Positions 1-8,743 of a stretch of DNA of 62,074 bases are shown here, one piece after another. The translations under genes were made by a program, and so were the position numbers. Each line of letters starts with the position of its first letter. Position 1 is the stretch's first letter. The DNA lies in assembly GCA_031381685.1 (NCBI GenBank), contig JANMYF010000187.1, positions 1-62,074 of the forward strand, given 5' to 3'. The notes beneath the pieces are model-generated. The model made no database searches, was not told the origin of the DNA, and saw only the letters and a list, made by a program, of their open reading frames with translations. This DNA comes from Acidimicrobiia bacterium. GTDB lineage: Bacteria; Actinomycetota; Acidimicrobiia; Acidimicrobiales; JANYDT01.

Positions 1-1210
1 CGGTCGACAAGACGTTGTATGCGTGCTTGGTGGCGGTCATGCCGAGGGAGCTGACAAGGCCGACCGTGGCGGCGTCGCCGGGGTCGCGCAGTCGCTGCGT
101 CATGGCCGCGAGCCCGTGGAGGGCATAGCTGTTGCCCGGCCCTCCCGCATACGCCAGACCACCGGTGACGGTGACCCCACGCGGATCGTCGGTGGCCACG
201 CCCAACTCGGTCAGGGCCATCTCGACCGCCGAGGGGAAGCACGAGTAGAGATCGAAGAGATCGATCCTGTCCACCCCGAGCCCGGCATGCGCGAATGCGG
301 CGGCCGACGATGCCCGCATCGCCGGTGAAGAGGTGAAATCCAGGCGTTCGGTGGGGGTCCACGCGTCGACCGCGCTGGCGCCGCCCAGGAAGGCAACCTG
401 ATGCTCGGGCGCAATACCGCGGCGATCGGCTTCCTCGTTGCTCATGACGATGACGGCGGCCGAGAGGTCGACCTCCATGATGGCGTTCATACGCTTCGGG
501 TAGGGGAAGCAGACCCATCGGTTGTCCGCCGTCGCTGTGGCGATCTCTTGCGCGGTGTAGGCGACCTGGAACCACGCATAGGGGTTCGTCGCCGCCACGG
601 CCGCGTTCCGGGCCATGAAGGTCCCGAGGAATGCCTGATGCTCGTCGACGGTACGTCCGGCCTTCGCCCGGAACGCGTTCTCGTAGAGCGGGTAGCAGTG
701 GATCGGGCCGGTCATGCCGTGGCGCGCTTCGAGCGGGTTGGTGAGTGGCCGCTGGCCCTTGAGGAAGTCGCGATGGCCCTCGAACGGGGTCCAATCGAGC
801 GGGATGCTCTCCTTGATGGCGCGGCGACGGCCGTAGACGCACTCCGATCCGGCGAGGATCGCCACCTCGGCATCACCGGCGACGATGCGATTGGCCAGCG
901 TGTTGAGCAGCTCGCCCGGTGAGTTGCCGCCCGGGGGCACGGTCAGACCCTCGGGTGTGGACGTGATCCCGGAGAGCCCGGCGACGGTCGCACAGACATC
1001 GACGTATCCCCATGCCATGGGATCCACGCAGGCCAGCAGAGCCGTCGATGCCTCGATCGGCTCACCGGTCGCCCCGAGCGAGGCAGTGTCGGAAATGGCC
1101 CGGCGGATCGCCTCGGCCATCATCGCCGCCGGCTCCCAGGGCTCGAACGGTCCGTCGAGTTTGGGGTTGCGCCGATATTGCCCGGCGCCGACAACGACGG
1201 CTCTACGCAC
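1..1210 (-). CDS. thiolase-like protein (SCP-x/Ltp-type acetyl-CoA acetyltransferase family); 3' end runs off the window
   Basis: Not in the ORF track because there is no stop inside the window. My own reverse-strand translation is open from 1264 down to nt 2. It reads ...RRAVVVGAGQYRRNPKLDGP...AILAGSECV...IDLFDLYSCFPSAVEMALTELG...TGGLAYAGGPGNSYALHG, typical thiolase-fold motifs. GTG at 1210 is preceded by GGAG with a 6-nt spacer. An alternative ATG lies at 1264. Confidence 0.75.
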   Translation of the reverse strand, partial: MRRAVVVGAGQYRRNPKLDGPFEPWEPAAMMAEAIRRAISDTASLGATGEPIEASTALLACVDPMAWGYVDVCATVAGLSGITSTPEGLTVPPGGNSPGELLNTLANRIVAGDAEVAILAGSECVYGRRRAIKESIPLDWTPFEGHRDFLKGQRPLTNPLEARHGMTGPIHCYPLYENAFRAKAGRTVDEHQAFLGTFMARNAAVAATNPYAWFQVAYTAQEIATATADNRWVCFPYPKRMNAIMEVDLSAAVIVMSNEEADRRGIAPEHQVAFLGGASAVDAWTPTERLDFTSSPAMRASSAAAFAHAGLGVDRIDLFDLYSCFPSAVEMALTELGVATDDPRGVTVTGGLAYAGGPGNSYALHGLAAMTQRLRDPGDAATVGLVSSLGMTATKHAYNVLST

Positions 1211-1539
1211 CGGTCGCTCCTGTCCGTGGGCTGGGCCGGCACCGACGAGTACGGCTTCTTGCATGCGCTCACTGCTCCTTGGTCGTCATCGCCCCCTCGC
1301 GCCCCGGTCCGGCGGCAGCGGGGACGCACTGCGGCGTCGGTCTGCGGCCTGCCGGCGACATGGAGCGTCCAGCGACAGGGTCAGGCTACGGGGTGATCGC
1401 CCGGTGAAGCCATCCGGCGGTCGGCGGGCCGGCCGATCACCCCTCGGGAGTAGGCCGATCGCATCAAATTCTGCGGCTGCCGACGGCGAACAGCCGATGA
1501 CATCGGAGTCAGTATCCGTCGTCGGTAGGGTTGGTGATC

Positions 1540-2328
1540 ATGTCCCGCAGGCAGTTCGTCGCATCGGGGCCTCGTCGGGTCGTCCTGTCGGGGCCGTTCG
1601 GCTGCTTGGCCGGAGCGTTTCTCCTGGCCGCGAGCCTTGCTGGTGCCCCGACAGCGGCAACGGGTGCCGTCAGAACCAAGCCCGTCACGGCGGCACCGGG
1701 TGATTCGTGCCCGGGAGCTTCCCGGACCGCGATCGATGCGGCGGGCCGTCGGCTGCAGTGCGTGACCAGCGCAGTCGGCCGGATCTGGGCGTGGGGCGGA
1801 GCGCCCTCCGAGCTCGCTCTGGCAACCGTCCCGGCATCGTGGTCGGAGGTCGTGGCCAACGAGAGCGGCGCCAATGCCGAGGCGCCCGTTCCGGCGCTTC
1901 CGGGCCGCTACGCGAACCGGGCGGCCATGGAGGCCCGACTCGTCGAGTTGACCAATGATGCCCGGGCGGCCAAAGGGCTGCGACCGCTCATCGTCGATCC
2001 GCGCCTGACCCGTCTCACCCGATGGTGGGCGGCGAGCGCCGGCCAACCCGCCTACGCCGGGCGCGGCACGAACCACTGCCCGGCCAATCGATGCGCCGTG
2101 CGAGCTGCCGAGATCGGCTACCCGAGCTTCGGTGAGGTGATCCGTGCGTGGAATCCGTTTCCTGCCGGAGACATGGCCGACGAGCGATTCTTCGTCGACT
2201 CGCCGCGACACATGGCGATCCTCACGAACCCGAAGGTGACCCACATCGGCTTCGGTGTGCAGATCGTCGGCGATGCGGCCAACCCGCAATCCGTCGTCGT
2301 GGTCGGCCAGGTCGGCCGGGCGAGGTAG
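1540..2328 (+). CDS. secreted CAP/SCP (PR-1-like, YkwD-type) domain protein with twin-arginine signal peptide
   Basis: Track ORF 1531..2328. ATG at 1540 gives MSRRQFVASG (S-R-R-x-F-V Tat motif), followed by the hydrophobic stretch LAGAFLLAASLAGA. The C-terminal half (MEARLVELTNDARAAKGLRPL ... SPRHMAILTNPKVTHIGFGV) resembles a CAP domain. Confidence 0.72.
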   Translation: MSRRQFVASGPRRVVLSGPFGCLAGAFLLAASLAGAPTAATGAVRTKPVTAAPGDSCPGASRTAIDAAGRRLQCVTSAVGRIWAWGGAPSELALATVPASWSEVVANESGANAEAPVPALPGRYANRAAMEARLVELTNDARAAKGLRPLIVDPRLTRLTRWWAASAGQPAYAGRGTNHCPANRCAVRAAEIGYPSFGEVIRAWNPFPAGDMADERFFVDSPRHMAILTNPKVTHIGFGVQIVGDAANPQSVVVVGQVGRAR

Positions 2329-2450
2329 CGCCCAGCCCGGCCGGGGATTTCCGGGGACGGAGTTGCACTGAGGGCAACGGATGCCGCGAACTCGAACGGG
2401 CGCCGGTTGCCCCAACCTTCGAATTCGTTCATCGCCGGCTCCGTGGCAGC

Positions 2451-3257
2451 ATGGCGGCCATGAGCGAGAACCTCGTCGGAGTCCATGTCGAAGACCAGGT
2501 GGTCGTTGTCGAGCTGCAGCAGGGCCCGCACAACTTCGCCTCGGCGCCGCTGCTCCATGCCGCCGTGGACGCCGTGCTCGCCGCGGTCGCCGACGGCGCC
2601 AGGGCGGCGATGCTGTGCTCGGAAGGGAAATCCTTCTGCGCCGGAGCTCAGTTCTCCGGCGGCTCGGGACAGAAGGCGGCCAGCTTCGGGAAGTACGTCC
2701 AGAACGACAACGCGTCCGAGATCGGCCCGTTCTACGAGGCGGCGCTGAGGGTGTTCGAGGTCAGCGTGCCGATCGTCGCCGCCGTCCACGGCCCGGCCGT
2801 GGGCGCAGGTTTCGGCCTCGCCACGGCCTGCGACCTGCGGGTGACCTGCCCCGAAGCGTTCTTCGCCACGAACTTCGTCAAGCTCGGCATCCACCCGGGC
2901 TTCGGCATCTCGATCACGCTGCCCGAATTGATCGGACCGGCGCAGGCGGCCGACCTGTTGCTCACCGGGCGGAGGATCGCCGGTGAGGAAGCGTTTGCCC
3001 TTGGACTCGCCAACCGGCTCGTCGCCCAGACCGACGTCCGCTCCACCGCTCTGGCGCTGGCCAAGGAGATCGCCGCGAACGCGCCGCTCGCGGTCCAGGC
3101 GACCCGGGCCACGCTTCGTGACGGGCTCGCTGCCCGTGTCCGCACCGCTCTGCTCCACGAGCGCCGGACGCAGGACCGTCTCGCCGCAACCGCCGACGCA
3201 GAAGAGGGCATCGCCTCGATGCTCGAGCGACGGCCCCCGGTCTTTCACGGGAAATAA
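2451..3257 (+). CDS. enoyl-CoA hydratase/isomerase (crotonase) family protein
   Basis: In-frame ATG at 2451 within track ORF 2148..3257. Crotonase motifs: KSFCAGAQF and AAVHGPAVGAGFGLATACDLRV. The upstream part of the ORF is R/P-rich and unlikely to be coding. Confidence 0.85.
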   Translation: MAAMSENLVGVHVEDQVVVVELQQGPHNFASAPLLHAAVDAVLAAVADGARAAMLCSEGKSFCAGAQFSGGSGQKAASFGKYVQNDNASEIGPFYEAALRVFEVSVPIVAAVHGPAVGAGFGLATACDLRVTCPEAFFATNFVKLGIHPGFGISITLPELIGPAQAADLLLTGRRIAGEEAFALGLANRLVAQTDVRSTALALAKEIAANAPLAVQATRATLRDGLAARVRTALLHERRTQDRLAATADAEEGIASMLERRPPVFHGK

Positions 3258-3263
3258 GCGCGC

Positions 3264-4262
3264 TTAGCTCAGTTGTGCCCAGAGGCGGAGCAGTTCCCGC
3301 CAGCCGGGACTCCACGGCGCGGCCGATCCGTCCGGGAACAACGCGTGCTCGCAGCGGGCCGAGTAGGCCAGGGCATGCAGCACCCCAGCGTGGGCCAGGG
3401 CGCGCTCGTCGGCGGTGAACGGAACCGCGCGGGCCTCCTCGTAGTCGCCGATGAATCCCAGGATCTCGTCCACCATCGGAATCATCGGGTCGGCCAGCGA
3501 CCAGTTCGTCGAGAAGGCCCGGGCGACGCCGCCGACGACCCACGGCTCGGCGTCGGTGATGAGGCTGTCGAGGTCATAGATGGAGGTGACGCGGGGGGTC
3601 GGGGTTTGGGTTACGAGGATGTTCTCCGGACGGAGGTCGCAGTGCGCGACGACCAGGCGTCCGACGCCTTCGGCGGTCAATCCGGCCTTTGCGGCGAGCG
3701 ATGCCGTGTTGTGTTCGTCGATCCATTCCGCGCCGGATGCGGTCGCCGCGAAATCGAAGATGGGGGAGTGGGGCGGGGGGTAGGGGCCGGTCCATCGAGG
3801 GCGCAGGTCGGCGAAGGTGTCGGCATCGAGCGCTCGCACGATGTCGTGCATCGCGACCGCGACGACGCGTCGCAGCTCCAGCGCCCGGACGTCGAGCGTC
3901 GCGCCCACCTCGAGCCACGTCGCCACGACTGCCGAGCCGATCCCGACCGCTACCGGCGCGAGGACGAGAGGCTCGGCGACCGGTAGTCCGGCCGTTCGCA
4001 ACACGCGCTGGGCGCGCAGGACGCCGATCAACCGATCGTTCGCGTGACGCCGGTGCACTTTCACGACGATTCGCCGGCCGTCCGAGAGATCGAACCCGAC
4101 CACGACGCCCGAGCTCGCCCGGACCAGGACAACGGCGACGGGAACTCCGAACGGGCGAGCGGTGGCGACGATGGCCTCGGCCGCAGCCTCGAACGGCGAC
4201 CTGTCGTTCGGCCGGCCGAGGTCGAACAACTCGCGGACCAGCGGCCCGGCATGCGCCGCCAT
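3264..4262 (-). CDS. aminoglycoside/choline-kinase-like phosphotransferase (APH family)
   Basis: C-terminal 332 aa of the composite track ORF 3264..6143. Kinase catalytic loop HCDLRPENILV and metal-binding IYDLDS are present. ATG (cat on the plus strand) at 4260-4262. An upstream GTG start is possible. Confidence 0.72.
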   Translation of the reverse strand: MAAHAGPLVRELFDLGRPNDRSPFEAAAEAIVATARPFGVPVAVVLVRASSGVVVGFDLSDGRRIVVKVHRRHANDRLIGVLRAQRVLRTAGLPVAEPLVLAPVAVGIGSAVVATWLEVGATLDVRALELRRVVAVAMHDIVRALDADTFADLRPRWTGPYPPPHSPIFDFAATASGAEWIDEHNTASLAAKAGLTAEGVGRLVVAHCDLRPENILVTQTPTPRVTSIYDLDSLITDAEPWVVGGVARAFSTNWSLADPMIPMVDEILGFIGDYEEARAVPFTADERALAHAGVLHALAYSARCEHALFPDGSAAPWSPGWRELLRLWAQLS

Positions 4263-4397
4263 CAATGCGTTCGTCAGAGCAGCCGCGACGGTCACGGGGA
4301 CCAGTCTCGTCCCGGCGCGTGGACGGCGAGGCGCGATGCGGTGTCGCCGGAAAAATCTCGGCGTAAACACTTTGTAAAGCCAGATCCGCGTACCAGT

Positions 4398-5942
4398 ATG
4401 AGTCGCGTGAGAACGACTTCGGCTTCGCGAACCCTCAGCCCCGACCTCCGCCTGGGTCTGACCTCGGAAATGGTCGACCAGGGCTCGTTCGACCGGGCGG
4501 TCGAGCGATTCCGTGAACGAAGGATCGCCCTTCCGACGTTCGCCCAGGTGGCCGATCCCACCCTCCAGCCGTCGGGAGCGCTGGCTTCCCTCCAAGGAGT
4601 CGATCCCGATGCGGCCGACAACCGCAACCTCTGGCGGGTCAACTGGTTCAACGCCGCCGATCGCAGGAGTCGCGTCGAGGTGCCCGTTCACGTAGTCCTG
4701 CCCCCGTCGCTCACCGGGGTCGAGGCCACAATCGTCGTGATGCTGGGCAACAAGTTCCCGATGATCCGCGCCCACAAGGTGCAGGCTGCCTACGCAGTAC
4801 TCGCGCCCCGGCTCGTCACGGGGCAGTTCGACCCGACCACCCAACGCGCCATCTGGCCGTCGACGGGAAACTATGCGCGCGGAGGAGTTGCCATCTCCCG
4901 GCTCATGGCCTGCCGGGGGACCGCCGTGCTCCCCGAAGGGATGTCGAAAGAACGCTTCGACTGGCTGGCGCAGTGGACGGAGGACCCGTCCGATGTCGTT
5001 CGCACGCCGGGCACCGAGTCCAACGTGAAGGAGATCTACGACACGTGTAACGAGCTTGCCAAGGACCCGCAGAACGTGATCCTCAACCAGTTCAGCGAGT
5101 TCGCCAACTACCTCGGGCACTTCCACGTCACCGGCCGCGCCCTGGGCATGGTCTTCGAACACGTCGCGTCGCAGATGCCGTCGACGGCCCACCCGAGACT
5201 GCGGTGGTTCACCAGCGCAACCGGCTCCGCCGGGACCATCGCCGCCGGCGACTACCTGAAGGAACGCTACGGCACCAACATCGCTGCGCTCGAAGCGCTC
5301 GAGTGCCCGACGATGCTGAAGAACGGCTTCGGCGAGCACAACATCCAAGGCATCGGTGACAAGCACATCCCGCTCATCCACAACGTGATGAACAGCGATG
5401 CCGTCATCGCCATCAGCGACCGGGCCACCGACAATCTCGACATCCTGTTCAACACCGCCGCCGGCATGGCCCACCTGCGTGATCGCCTCGGCGTGGCCGG
5501 CGCCGTGATCGAACAGCTCACGCACTTCGGGTACTCGGCCATCTGCAACACGCTGGGCGCGATCAAGTTGGCCAAGGAGTTCCGCATGACGGCCGATGAT
5601 GTCATCGTCACGGTGGCGACCGACGGGTCCGAGCTCTACCCGAGTGAGCGGGAGAAGTTCCTGGCACGCGACTATGCACAGGGCTTCGGCGCAGTGGATG
5701 CTGCTGAAGTCACCGGCCGGTACCTCCAGGCTGTCGACCGCGAGAACATGATCCAGCTGACGGAAATGGATCGCGAGCGGATCTTCAACCTCGGCTACTA
5801 CACGTGGGTCGAGCAGCAGGGCACCTCGTTCGCCGACTTCACGGCCCGCAAGGAGCAGTCGTGGTGGAAGGCACTTCGGGACCTGGTGCCCGTGTGGGAC
5901 GAGCGGATCACCGATTTCAACCAGCGCACCGGGATGGCGTGA
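4398..5942 (+). CDS. pyridoxal-phosphate-dependent enzyme, fold type II (cysteine synthase/TrpB-like superfamily), long form
   Basis: In-frame ATG at 4398 of track ORF 4044..5942. Candidate PLP lysine in MIRAHKVQAAY. Gly-rich phosphate loop SATGSAGTIAAG. High GC3 in this frame. Specific reaction unknown. Confidence 0.68.
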   Translation: MSRVRTTSASRTLSPDLRLGLTSEMVDQGSFDRAVERFRERRIALPTFAQVADPTLQPSGALASLQGVDPDAADNRNLWRVNWFNAADRRSRVEVPVHVVLPPSLTGVEATIVVMLGNKFPMIRAHKVQAAYAVLAPRLVTGQFDPTTQRAIWPSTGNYARGGVAISRLMACRGTAVLPEGMSKERFDWLAQWTEDPSDVVRTPGTESNVKEIYDTCNELAKDPQNVILNQFSEFANYLGHFHVTGRALGMVFEHVASQMPSTAHPRLRWFTSATGSAGTIAAGDYLKERYGTNIAALEALECPTMLKNGFGEHNIQGIGDKHIPLIHNVMNSDAVIAISDRATDNLDILFNTAAGMAHLRDRLGVAGAVIEQLTHFGYSAICNTLGAIKLAKEFRMTADDVIVTVATDGSELYPSEREKFLARDYAQGFGAVDAAEVTGRYLQAVDRENMIQLTEMDRERIFNLGYYTWVEQQGTSFADFTARKEQSWWKALRDLVPVWDERITDFNQRTGMA

Positions 5943-7330
5943 GCGTCTCGGTCGTTCTCCGATGCGCGGGGTGCGCGGCAACGGTCGACCCGCTCGATGT
6001 CGGCGCTCCCGCGCCATTTCGCTGTCCGAACGCTGAGCGGGCGCCCAACGTCGACCACGTGCTGACCTGGGATCCGCTGCTCGCGGGAGTGCGCGGCTGG
6101 CCCGACGACACGTCGACCAATCCGTTCCTCCGCTACCGGACATTGCACCACAGCTACCACCTCCATCTCGGCCTCGGAGGAACTGACGTCGAATACGTCC
6201 GGCTCGTCGAGCGTCTCGACGCTGCGTTGATCAAGAAGGGCGGACCGGGGTTCCGTGTCGCCCCCTTGCTTCCGCTCGATGCGTTGAGCGCGGCAACGGG
6301 CGTGGAGGCCTGGGGTCGTAATGACACGACCGGCGTCGCGGGCTCGCACAAGGCCCGACACCTCATGGCGATCCTCTTGCACCTCGAAGTGCGCAAGGTT
6401 CCGCTCCGTACGCCTCTGGCCATAGCGTCGTGCGGCAACGCGGCAATTGCCGCGGCGACCCTGGCCCGCGCCGCTGGCCGGACCGTTCAGGTCTTCGTGC
6501 CGAGCTGGGCGAACCCCGTGGTGCTCGTCGAACTGCAGTCCCTTGGCGCCCGCATCGTCGAGTGCCCGCGGCGGGACACCGACCCACCGGGTGACCCCTG
6601 CATCCATCGGTTTCACGAAGCGGTGGCGAAAGGCGCGCTTCCGTTCTGCGTGCAGGGCCCCGAGAACGGGTTCACCATCGATGGCGGGGCGACATCGGGA
6701 CAAGAGCTCGTCGACGCCTTCGCCATGCTCGGTGTGCCGGACCGGCTGTTCGTGCAGGTCGGGGGCGGCGCGTGGGCCTCCGGGGTGTGGCGGGGACTGC
6801 GCGACGGTCGTGGCCTCGGAGCGATCGACCGGCTTCCGGCGCTGCACTGCGTACAGGCCAAAGGGTGCGCTCCGCTGGTCGAGGCGTGGCGTGCGGTAGC
6901 CGGACGGGCCCTCCGCACGTTGGGGCACGAGGAGCTGCTCGAGGAAGGCTTCGACGTGGTCGCAGCCGCCCTGGTGACGAACGAGGCCCGCAGCGCCGTC
7001 GAGTCAGCAATGCAGTGGGCGCTCACCCATCGACCGGCGGTGATGCCCGTGTGGCATGACCCGCACAGCGTGGCAACCGGGATCCTCGACGACGAGGCCT
7101 ACGACTGGGCGGTGCTCGTGCGGAGCATGCTGGTGAGCGGCGGGTGGCCGGTCACCGTGTCCGATGAGCAGATCACCGCGGCAACCACGCTGGTGAACGC
7201 CGGATCGATCGACGCCGACGAAACCGGATCGGCAGCCGCCGCCGGGCTCGTCGCGTTTCGGGAGCGCAACTGGGGCGTTGCCGGCGAGCGAGTTGCCGTG
7301 ACCGTCACCGGAATCCGCCGACGCCGATAG
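5939..7330 (+). CDS. pyridoxal-phosphate-dependent enzyme, threonine-synthase-like, with N-terminal Cys-rich (zinc-ribbon-like) segment
   Basis: GTG at 5939 overlaps the upstream stop (GTGA), in frame with track ORF 5804..7330. N-terminus: LRCAGCAATV...FRCPN. Candidate PLP lysine in GVAGSHKARH. Gly loop VQVGGGAWASG. Confidence 0.68.
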   Translation: MSVSVVLRCAGCAATVDPLDVGAPAPFRCPNAERAPNVDHVLTWDPLLAGVRGWPDDTSTNPFLRYRTLHHSYHLHLGLGGTDVEYVRLVERLDAALIKKGGPGFRVAPLLPLDALSAATGVEAWGRNDTTGVAGSHKARHLMAILLHLEVRKVPLRTPLAIASCGNAAIAAATLARAAGRTVQVFVPSWANPVVLVELQSLGARIVECPRRDTDPPGDPCIHRFHEAVAKGALPFCVQGPENGFTIDGGATSGQELVDAFAMLGVPDRLFVQVGGGAWASGVWRGLRDGRGLGAIDRLPALHCVQAKGCAPLVEAWRAVAGRALRTLGHEELLEEGFDVVAAALVTNEARSAVESAMQWALTHRPAVMPVWHDPHSVATGILDDEAYDWAVLVRSMLVSGGWPVTVSDEQITAATTLVNAGSIDADETGSAAAAGLVAFRERNWGVAGERVAVTVTGIRRRR

Positions 7331-7361
7331 CCGAGCCACCAGGGGGCGGCGCGGGAAGTGG

Positions 7362-7427
7362 GGCTGAACACCTCCGAACGACGTTGGGAGGTGTTCAGCC
7401 CCCATATTTGGGGGCAACCTCTCTCCC
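7362..7427. repeat. structured intergenic repeat, copy A (14-bp stem hairpin + C5/G5 mini-hairpin + CAACCTCTCTCCC tail)
   Basis: GGCTGAACACCTCC-GAACGACGTTG-GGAGGTGTTCAGCC-CCCATATTTGGGGG-CAACCTCTCTCCC. 58 of 66 positions are identical to 19114..19180 in the same orientation, and the stem differences are compensatory. Confidence 0.85.
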
Positions 7428-7487
7428 GACGTGCGGGCCGAGGAGTTCCGCGGGGCTCCGGTCATCGCAGGCTATCCTGGCGAACGA

Positions 7488-8108
7488 ATGTTCGTCATCG
7501 GCATAGACCCAGGGTTGACGCGATGCGGGTTCGGTGGTGTCCGTCGGACGAAGGCCGGGCTCGAAGCGGTGTGTCACGGGGTGCTGGTGACGACACCGGA
7601 TTCCCCCCATCCTCGCCGCCTGCGTGACCTCCAACGTCAGCTCGTCGCACTTATCGCCGAGTACCGACCCGATGTGGTTGTCGTCGAGCGGGTGTTCTTC
7701 CAGACGAACGTCCGCACCGCCATCGGTGTGTCTCAGGCGAGCGGACTGGCGTTGGCGGCGGCCGACGAATTCGGGTGCGACATCGCCCAGTACACGTCCA
7801 ACGAAGTGAAGCTGGCGATCACCGGCGACGGTGCCGCCGAGAAGAAGCAGACCCAGGCCATGGTTGCCCGAACGCTGAAGCTGACCGAGCTCCCGCGTCC
7901 TTTTGACGCCGCCGACGCTCTGGCGCTTGCCCTCCACCACCTCGGCATGGCGAGCTATGCCCGCCTTGCCTCGAGCTCCTTCGGCGCCACCCCGCATGCC
8001 GCGCCCGCGGGCGATGGCATCGGCAACGCCCGGATCGCCACGTCGTTCGGCGGCGTGCGGCTCGCGCCGGCACCGTCGGATCCGTCCAAGAAGGTGCGAG
8101 TCCGATGA
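7488..8108 (+). CDS. ruvC: crossover junction endodeoxyribonuclease RuvC
   Basis: MFVIGIDPGLTRCGFG N-terminus (ATG 7488 inside track ORF 7431..8108). Stop overlaps the ruvA start (ATGA). Lies in the ruvCAB context. Confidence 0.9.
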   Translation: MFVIGIDPGLTRCGFGGVRRTKAGLEAVCHGVLVTTPDSPHPRRLRDLQRQLVALIAEYRPDVVVVERVFFQTNVRTAIGVSQASGLALAAADEFGCDIAQYTSNEVKLAITGDGAAEKKQTQAMVARTLKLTELPRPFDAADALALALHHLGMASYARLASSSFGATPHAAPAGDGIGNARIATSFGGVRLAPAPSDPSKKVRVR

Positions 8109-8743
8109 TCGGCTATCTCCGCGGCATCGTCGTCGACCGCACGCTGAAAGGCGAACTCACCGTTGATGTCGGCGGAGTGGGGTATCGCGTCACCGTTCCC
8201 ACGGGTCAGCTTGCCCGGATGCTCAGTACACACACCATGTCCTCGAACCCCGAGGTCACGCTGTTCGTGCACACCAGCGTGCGCGAAGACGCGATCACGC
8301 TCTACGGCTTCGCCACGCGTGACGACCGAACGTGCTTCGAACTCGTCCTCACCGCGCACGGCGTCGGACCGTCGCTGGCGCTGGCGATCTTGAACGTGCA
8401 CTCGCCAGATTCCCTTCGCACGGCACTCGCGACCGATGATGTCGACGCGCTCACGGCCGTTCCCGGCGTCGGCAAGAAGACAGCTGCCCGCCTGCTGGTG
8501 GAACTGAAGAGCAAGCTCGCCGACCTCAACGACTACGACGGAGCGATCGCTGCCGCCGGAGAAGCGTCCCCGCTGCCGACCGACTTCGTCGCCGACGCGA
8601 AAGCCGACGTGCGGGCCGCACTTGCCGGCCTGGGTTACGGAACCGACGAGATCCGGGCTGCTATCCGGCGACTCCCCGGCGATGTGACCGATCCCTCGAC
8701 GCTGCTCAAGCATGCTCTCGGGCTCCTCTCCACCGGTGTGTGA
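8105..8743 (+). CDS. ruvA: Holliday junction branch migration complex subunit RuvA
   Basis: [12 protein letters not shown]...GVGYRV... and HhH region [17 protein letters not shown]. Translationally coupled on both sides. Confidence 0.92.
   Translation: MIGYLRGIVVDRTLKGELTVDVGGVGYRVTVPTGQLARMLSTHTMSSNPEVTLFVHTSVREDAITLYGFATRDDRTCFELVLTAHGVGPSLALAILNVHSPDSLRTALATDDVDALTAVPGVGKKTAARLLVELKSKLADLNDYDGAIAAAGEASPLPTDFVADAKADVRAALAGLGYGTDEIRAAIRRLPGDVTDPSTLLKHALGLLSTGV

Noticed and set aside
1380-1540. Calling the CAP-gene leader a ydaO/c-di-AMP riboswitch
   Set aside because: It shares only short, loosely similar strings with the consensus as I remember it. The pseudo-twofold architecture could not be reconstructed by eye. 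It is kept only as a structured-leader hypothesis.
3264-6143. 959-aa minus-strand ORF spanning the kinase and the region antisense to the first PLP enzyme
   Set aside because: Only the C-terminal 332 aa have kinase motifs. The rest is R/G/P-rich and lies antisense to a plus-strand gene with clear PLP-enzyme sequence and better third-position GC. It is a GC-artefact extension.
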